From the NCBI GenBank assembly GCA_903860135.1, contig CAIOPG010000009.1, positions 37,916 to 101,915 on the forward strand: a DNA stretch of 64,000 nt, read 5' to 3'. The position numbers and the translations under genes were made by a program. Every line of letters begins with the position of its first letter. Positions within the stretch are counted from its first letter, which is position 1. Positions 52,501 to 61,500 of this stretch are shown piece after piece. Origin of the DNA: Candidatus Omnitrophota bacterium. Lineage in GTDB: Bacteria; Omnitrophota; Gorgyraeia; Zapsychrales; Fredricksoniimonadaceae. Below the pieces are notes generated by a model that worked only from the letters and a program-made list of their open reading frames with translations, was not told where the DNA came from and did no database searches.

Positions 52501-55500
52501 AAGGTGAATTGGACACTGTCCGGTAAAACCCCACCGGTATGCTGTGGCCAGTTCGCAGTTTCAATGGCTAAAGAATAAGGTGTGGCAAATAATTCGAGGA
52601 TACCCTGCCCTGCCCTGATATCAATGGTACCATTATCTGCGAACGTTTTAATTTGTGCCGAACCATAAACCGATACGCCATTGCCCGCCGTAATGAGAAT
52701 TGATTTGCCGGCAAATAAGAACAATCCAACCCGCACTTGACCCAATACAGTAATAGAAATTGAGCTTTGCGTATCAAAAACTGTCAGCGTTCGACCAACG
52801 ACTGTTTGATGAACCAGTACATCGTTCATAACGCCACCTGCCACCACGCCACCCAGGATACGCGCGTGAAAGCCAGCTGTAATGTTGATGCGGCTATTGA
52901 CGGTTACGGTTGACAGGATAGACGCCCCATCGATATCCACGCTAAAACCGGACGTTGATCTGCCGTTCAATAAAATAGCATCATCGGCACTAAGGATACC
53001 GCCACTGTAAAGGCCGTCCCAGAATCCGCCGATGAGAATATGTGCGTCGGCGGTAATGGATATTATGCCACCGGCTGCCCGCGCGTCGCAATTACCCAAG
53101 ATAACAGCGTCTTGCATCGCGTACACCGTCATCATGCGTGCGGTTATCCCGCTGGAGCTCGTAAAGACAACGCTCGCTGAACTTGATGCATCATCGCCAC
53201 CGGTAATGTCCACCGCCCCTTGGGCTTCAACAGTGCCGTCAAGGAACATTTGTTCATTAGCCTTGATCGAAATGATGGCGCCATCACCGACCGCCGTCAT
53301 AACACCAAGGATACGCACCTGATTCTCACCGACGATATTGATGGAAACCAGCTGATCAGCTTGATGCATACTGGTGATCCGGCCAACCTTTGTAACGATG
53401 ACACTGGCATGGGCGCGTTGAGCCGTTAGATGATCGGTGGTAATTCCAAAAAATTCGCTGTTACTAACACCCGTAATACTGAAAGACACGGGATTATCCA
53501 TCACTAGCCGTCCACCTATAATCCATACTTTCATTTCCACAAGACCTGCGTTGATCAGTGCCTGTTGAATGGCCGCAGCCGATCCCCAAATGGTCGACAT
53601 GGTCCTCAGATTAATCATCTGCTTTTGGATCAGTCCGTTACTGTTGATAATCGTCCGTTCAAGGACAACGGCTATCGGGTCTTGGGTAAGCAGTAGATCA
53701 CCGGTGGCAACAAATCGGAAGTGTTCATCGGCTGCAACAGCCGGGATCAACAGATTGTTGGTACCCTGGCATATTTCCGTATGACCAATGGCCGTCAGTG
53801 TAAATGAAATTTGGCTTAAGAGTTGAACCGTGTTATTAGCACCAAAGACAACGGCAAACTGAAAAGGTTGTAATACTGCCGTGTTGTGGATCACCGTATA
53901 CATATTGGAAGCTTGCGTAGCCTGGGTGACACCGGTGATCGTAAAATCTGACACAACGGCGTGGGTTCCTTCGAGTGTAGCGCGGGTTATTCCCAAGAAA
54001 ATCTTGTCTGATGAAGGCAAAAGGGTTAAATCGACATTTGACCAGGGCACAGCCGTGTTGGCAGTCAATTCATCAAAACCGTCGAAACCAAGACAATCCG
54101 CATTTTTTAATGGCTGGATTGAAAATGAGCTGGTCGAACTCAAGAATAATTTGGCACCGAAAAGGCCGACATTAATGCCTGATGGAAGCTGGGACTGCAT
54201 CTGTGCCAGCAGATCCCAAAGGCTGGTACCGGAATTAACGGTGACGATAACCGATGTGTCTGCCGCGGTGACCTGGAATTGAACAGTATCCGGCAGTATC
54301 CCGTCGGCATAAAGAATATCCCAGGCACCAGTAACCGTGTAAAAAGATGTTGTGTTTGTATAGCCATCGTTGAGGCCCAATAGGCCGGTATTGCGTATGC
54401 CGATCAATGAAAAGAAATACTTGCTGCCCAAGACGATGCTATTGCCCTCCACCCGCGCCACCATATCCCCGTTGACGATCCCGTTGTCAAGGGTCGTCAG
54501 CCCAGCCGTGATGCAAGCATCCTGAATATCCGCCGCGAGATCCCAGCGGGTAACGTTATCGGCCGTTGCTGATGCTAATACAACCACGGGCACATGGCTT
54601 GTCATTGTTCCTTTAGAAATATTCACAACCAGGCTGATATCCGCCGTGAGTTGCCCGTTGGCCGGTATTAATCCCATCGCAGAAACCCATTGCCAACCGT
54701 TTAATGGAAGCGCCGCGTTTGAATCGGTCAACCCCAGCGTCGCAGACCCACCCAGACCGGTAATACTGAAATCATGGCCTGACGTGAACTGAAGTTTATT
54801 GTCTACCGTCAGTGTTACCGTAATGCTGTCCATGACCTGGCCATCTGCAGCGACAATAGTGAACCCCGCCTCGCGCAGTGCCCATTGAACATCTTGTGCC
54901 AAATCCTCGCGTGTTTGATTGGCCCGATCAGGATGCACACGTACAAGGTGCGGGACGCCACCCGTAAATACTTCAAGGACTGCTTCTGATACCAGGATAT
55001 TTGAAGTTAAGGCATCGGTAGCCGTAACGATATAAACAGACGATACACCGCCATTTATTACGACCTTTCCCTCTGACTGGATCTCTCCATCAACATACAC
55101 CTGCCGAGATGATTTAATCGATATCCCTGAACCCGCTCCACTCACGAAAATATTTCCCAATAGACGTATATCGTTATCCCCTCTGACCACAAGGGTATCG
55201 TTCGGAGCGAGCGTGCGTAATGTTCCGGACATCAGCAGGCTGACGCCGGAATTATCTATCCCGCAATCAAGCTGCATATGACCGCTGGTCGTCACCGTAC
55301 CGGTGATATCCATCCTCCAGGCTGAAAATAACGATGCGCTGGAATTGGTTCCTGTCTGCAGCCATACCCCGATAGCCATATCTTGACTGTAACCAGCGGC
55401 GATATCCCCCTTGATCGCCACCGAATGCTCGGCGGAAACTAAAAGCTGACTGTTATTCAAAGTTGTTTGGATCAAGGCACCAAGTTCAAGCGAGAAATCT

Positions 55501-58500
55501 GCCAGTGCCGTGCAGGTAATTACGGCATTGTCAGCGTCTGCAACAACGATCCCCGCCAGTCGCATGGCTTTGCCGGCATGGAGTGTAATAACTGCCGAAG
55601 GATGGATAACCTCGAGGGTACCGGTGAGTTTAAGCGTAAGATTATTACCAGCCGTTAAGGCTATCCCGCGCGTCGCTGTCACCGCACAACGGTTAACCCC
55701 ATTGGCAATAGTGATATCGTGCCCTGCCATCATGGTGACCGTAGAAGCCTGACCGTTGGTCGAAATAATGCCGTCCGACTGAATATCTTCAGTGGCTGTA
55801 AAGTTAATCAAACCATTACCCGAAATAATGCTTCCCGCTGTTGTTAAGGTCAATCCGTCGCCTGTATCCCTTCCGTTGACAATTAGGGCGATATCTTTAT
55901 CGGCCCTTATGGCACCGCTGACCAGGAGCGTGTTATCTGCCGCAACCATGATAGACGTGGCAACGCCATCACCGATCAAGTTCCCGGCCAATATCACATC
56001 GATAGCTTTGATGTTAATGTCCTGCGCCGATCCAAGAGAATAAACGGTGCCGGTCAGCGTAAACCGTTCCACCGACCCATGATCATTGAACGTCAGTACA
56101 TTTGCCGTGGCTACAAGCCCGGTCACGGAAACATTCCTGGTACCATTCAACACAACCCAGGCGCCATTGCCCCGTTGCGTTTTAATAAAACCACCGCCGA
56201 GGAGTTCGTTGATGCCACCGAATATTTTTCCACTGACAGTCAACGATTTGTCCGCCTGAATAAAGATAGAAGGCCCGTTGTTATCCCATGATCCCGGTAC
56301 AGAAATAATTCCGGTTTCCTGGACAACATCTTCCTCTCCGTAAATTCTAACCCAGTTATTATCCGCAGTAGCGTCAGACCGGATGACTCCCGCCATAAGG
56401 GCATTATTTAAAGACCTGATGTCAATGCTGGCATTGTCTTGCAACACCACAATCTCGGCTTTATCACCTAGACGCAGACTGGTTATCTGTGTATCTTTAT
56501 GTAGATTATTACCGGCGGTAATCATCACGTTCCCTTGAACACGCATAAAGCCCCAAATCTGCAGCGTATTGGTTGCGAGGATACTGACCTCTCCGGCAAA
56601 AATACCAGCGGATACGGAAGTATGAATATCTGTAAATTTGATTTCAATATCATCGGCGATCAACGTGCAATGACCACCGATATTATTTGGTGGATCATCA
56701 TAGACGTTAACTATTCCCCAGACCGTCAACGTATCAGCATGATATTGCACATTATCATTAACGGTTAAACGGCCAAGGATCATGACATTCTTGGACACAG
56801 CATCTGCATTGTTAACGCCGAACTGCAACAAAGTAAAGCCATCCTTGATTGCCGCAAGGTCTCGGGTGGATAAATCCAGCGAAGGCCGCAGGTCTACCGT
56901 AGCTGACTGTATATACCCAGGATCGTCTTCATTATGCCCGAGGGCATCTTCGGCTGCGGTACCAAATGTATATTGCCAGGGATCAGACTTTGCCCGAATA
57001 ACCAAAGTCCCCGTACCGATGATGCTATTGATGCCAGACTTAAAATCCATATCGTCGGCTGTCAATGCGATCTCTGCCAGATATCCGTGGGCTACGATTT
57101 TACCTGTTGCAAGCGTTAACAAGCTAGCCTGGTTATTCAAGGTAATAGAAATATTGCCATGCCCCGCATCAATCGCTTTATCCCATGGCTGATGACCAAC
57201 CGCATTAATCAATCGAGTGGACCACCCGGGAATGGCAGCGTAAGCGCGGAGAGTAAACCCGTCATTTTCAATTGAAAAAGTGGAAGAGGCTTGCAAGGTC
57301 AATCCATCAGATTCCACAATAACAATATTACCGCTCCCTGAAACAGAAGTAGTAACAGAAAGTTTGGCGACGGTCGTCGTGATCGGCGCAGCAACGCTAC
57401 CAACGGTATCGCGTGCAAACAAGACGAGATGGCCGGCAGAAACCTTGATCGGTGCTCCCATGGATGTGATCGAACCTAATGGTGCCATCAAGCGTATCCA
57501 GCCAGAGCCATTCCCATCTCCGGCGGCATTAGATCCGGTGACTGAAGCCAAAAGATCGATGTTAACGTTGCTATTTACTGCTGTCTGGTTAAAAAGGGCA
57601 TACAATAACTGCCGGTATTTCTCGTTCGCCGCACTAAGGATAAGGCCTGACGCATCAGTCAGACCAGACACGAAAGGTTGCAACCATAAGGGTGCTGTCA
57701 TGTCCTCGCTCGAGCTATTAAAAATAATGACGCCCTGACTCCTGAGATATTCTAACAGTCCGGATAGATCCGTCGCGATGACGCCGGCATTTAATAATGA
57801 TTGACGGGTAACATATCCGTTTCCAAACGATGCCAACTCGATGTAGCCGTTATCGACAGCCTCGAGCGAGACTCCCCGGGTATTAATAGAACCCAGCGCA
57901 TGCAACAGAATATGTCCTGCTCTCACCGGGCCTTGAAGCACAGCATTATTGATAACAGTCGCGATCACCCGTAATCCTACAGAATCAAGGTCAATCAGAC
58001 CACCCGGCCCTGTGCCGGCTATCGCCACTGTTCCACCGACATTAATAATCGTATCCCCATCAACGGCGACATTACCATGCCGTGAGGCAAACCGTGTGCC
58101 AAAACCGATCATGGTTTCCCGTTCAATGCCCGATGTTTGACTGCCATCGCTGGCAACAACACCAAAGTCGACCCGCGAATCGCCGCTGAGGATAGCATAA
58201 GGTTCCAAGACCAGAGGGATTTGCTGACGGGTTGTCAAATCCATGGTAAATTTCTGCTCAATAACAATTTCATCGAAAGCGCCCCCATTATCAACAATGG
58301 CAAGAGTTTTCTTTATATCCGTAGGATTTACAGGTGCCATGACAATCCAGTAGGTGTCATTACCCCCGGCATCTATAATCGTCATGGGGTTTTCCGGCAA
58401 CGATGATACCGTCACATTATCATTGCCCGAACCCAGATTTAACTGCGGGACTACCGTGCGCAACGCATTGATACTTGAACTATCGGAGGTTACCGCAACA

Positions 58501-61500
58501 CTCGTCGCGCCGATAATGGCATCAAGAGGCTTGTTCATGCCGGAGAAATCCAGGAATGTTTGCCCGAATGTGTCACTGAAAGTATCATTTCCAAAATCAT
58601 CGTTAAAGATATAACGGTCATGACCTTCGCCGCCCCGGAGTGTATCGTCACCGGATCCGCCATTCAATACATCATTCCCCGCGCCACCGGTCAAAATGTC
58701 ATTGCCGTCGCCGCCATCAAGAATGCCGCCGACGTTACCACCTGTTAACCGATCGTTCCCACTCCCTCCAATTAAAGACACATCCTTTAACGCACGCGAG
58801 GCATTTAGGATATCATTGCCATTGCCGCCATCGAGAACCCCGCCGGCAACACCGCACGTTAATCGATCATGGCCATCATCACCAAAGAATGTTACAGGGA
58901 TATCCAGCAAACCGGAGGCATCAAGGGTGTCATTGCCGTTGCCACCATGCGCCACCACTGATGTTACACCTTCGTAGGTTTGAGTCCATTCCCGATAAGT
59001 AACTGTGACCGTTGATCCTGAACCGGTCAACGTAAATGTTTCGTTGCCATCGTCTTTATCAATGTACTGGCGTTGATACGCCAGTGAACCGGAATGCACA
59101 TGCATCACGCCTGAAGAAACATCCGCAAGATAGGGGGCCACTACCGGCGCACGGTAACTCCCCGACCAAAGAACCTGGTTGCATAAAGGATAATTCAGCA
59201 ATCGTTCCCAATGGAACGGAACATAGATATCCACGAAGGCATTGGCAAAAAATGACAGGGTGGCATCCATATTAACAAGATTAAAGAAGCCGTCGCCATT
59301 ATACCCAAACATCGTCGCAACTTCAGAACCATGAATGCGTCCGTCGTTATTCAGATCCTGGAAGTCAATGCCGACATTAAGATTAAGGCCGCCACCCAAA
59401 CCGCCGCGCACAATCAGGAATCCTACGGCTGCTTCAAGACCCACTGAAGCGGTGAACGTTAGTTCGTACTTGTCTTTCCCGTTGATATCAAAATCGTTGA
59501 GATAAAAACCGTCCATCGCATCCAGATAGTTGCCACTATCAATGGCTTTGCGAATGCCTGAGGTATCATAACCAAATGACAGGTCTGCCATGGCTGAGAA
59601 GCCACCAAAAATGGAAATTGATAACTGAATTGGGCCCAGCGGAATCATGGCAAGTTGTTGACGGAAATTCATACTGAATTGTAAAAGTGGCAAGGTACTG
59701 GTGAACAAGACGGCATTACCGCCCGTAAACACGGCCATCCAGTTGTCCAGTTTAAACAATGGGCTGATATCAAACAATTTTCGATCATCCAACGGAGACG
59801 CATTGCCATCGGCGTTGCCCGCGCCCTTCAGTGCCGTCATCACCTCTTCGAGCTGGCCGCTATTAGATGCCGGATTGGAAGCCTGACAAAAGGCAGTTCC
59901 AAGCCCGCCGAGGTCGCCCAACAGAATAACGCCATCATGCGCGATGGATTGCGAAACAGCGACGATCCTATCCACCATATTAAGCAGGTAGCGGGCATCG
60001 TTCACAAAACTCCAGTCGATCGTCTTGTTCTGGGTGCTCGCCACAAGGCTGATCAAACCCATCATATTGGGGGCATATCCCCTGCTTTGGAGCAAGGGGC
60101 CAAGCCCTGGGATCGTTTGACTAATCGTATCGATCACGCTCTTGATGGGCCCAAGGGTGTTCTGGATTTTGCTGGCAATGGGTAGCAAAACATTACCGAA
60201 CAGGCTGTCCATCTTGATCCCGAGATTATTTAAACCAGTCACCAACTGTGTGGTGCCCCCCTGCAAGGACCATCCCCAATCCAGGTTAAAGTCACCTGCA
60301 AGGCTGGGGAGCCATCCACCATTAGCCACACTTAGTTCCAACCTCAGGTTGATATCTGCCTCGACGCCGAAATCGATCTTGAATATTTTGTCCAGGGGGC
60401 GAGAAAAGACGTTATCGAGCGTTAATCGATCAGCAGATCCTCCGTCAATGTTCAAGGATAAGGAACCAAAAAGACCACTGGTGGTAAAGGGGCTGTCGGG
60501 ATTATTATTCCCCTCATCGGTGGCTGTCAGATTAAAAAACAATAATTTCCCGTTTGCCTTGAAAGGAGCACCCCCGATGCCGGTCAACACCGCACCAACA
60601 TTTACTTTTAATTCAGGATTGGTGGGATCGCTATTCGTCGAAAGATAAAAACCGTTGGCCAGGCTCAATCCAAAACCAAAATCAAATGACCATTCTCCGA
60701 CAAGCCCGAATCCGCCATCGAGAGAAAAACCGAAACCTGGCAAATCAAGGTTCAGGGGGATCTGCACCGAAGAATCAATCAATGTCCCGCCAAGGATCAA
60801 ATCAAACTGAATAGCATCCGCACCGCTGGGAACACGTTCGCCCACATGCCATAGCTGGTTTGTACCGTCTTTATTCATCCACCGTACCTGAATATCGGCG
60901 ATGGTAATCAGGTTATTGCCATCGGAATCAGTGAGCAGGACGTGTTGTGGCGTTGTCAGCAGGTCAAAAAGACTTTGACGGATCAATTCCACTGTTTTCC
61001 CGGTCCCATCCAATTTGTTGCGCAGATCTGTCAGAAACCCATTACGAAAATCACGTAAGAAATGGACTGTATCCCCCAGACTGGAACCAAGGAACGGAAT
61101 ATTTTGTGCCAGTGCCGAACCAAAAACATCCTGCATGGCACCCAAGGCCATATCCAGACCGCTGATCACATTAGAAGGATCATCAATGAGCAGTTCCAAG
61201 GGATTCCCCCCAAAACCAGCTCCGGAGAGCAATTCATTGATCCTTTCACTGAAATTAGGTAACGTGCCGGTATTAACAAAATGGAAACCTGTTTGGTCAA
61301 AATAGCCCTGGCAAGCCACCAATCCAAAATCCAGCCGGCTACCAAAAATATCCACGGTTACAGGCAATGAGGTGGAGAAACCAAATTGAAGATTACTATC
61401 TAAAACATTCAGATTGATCAGATTGTTCGTATTAGAGGTGAGTGTTATGGTGAGCGAGGCAGGAATAGCATTGGCAAGAACGCCATCGGCGTTGAATACC

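Noticed and set aside
58640-59002. His/Arg/Cys-rich 120-aa plus-strand ORF (HCHCRRRHQECRRRYH...)
   Set aside because: Antisense translation of the GGC/GAT-rich RTX repeat DNA of the giant gene. Artefactual.
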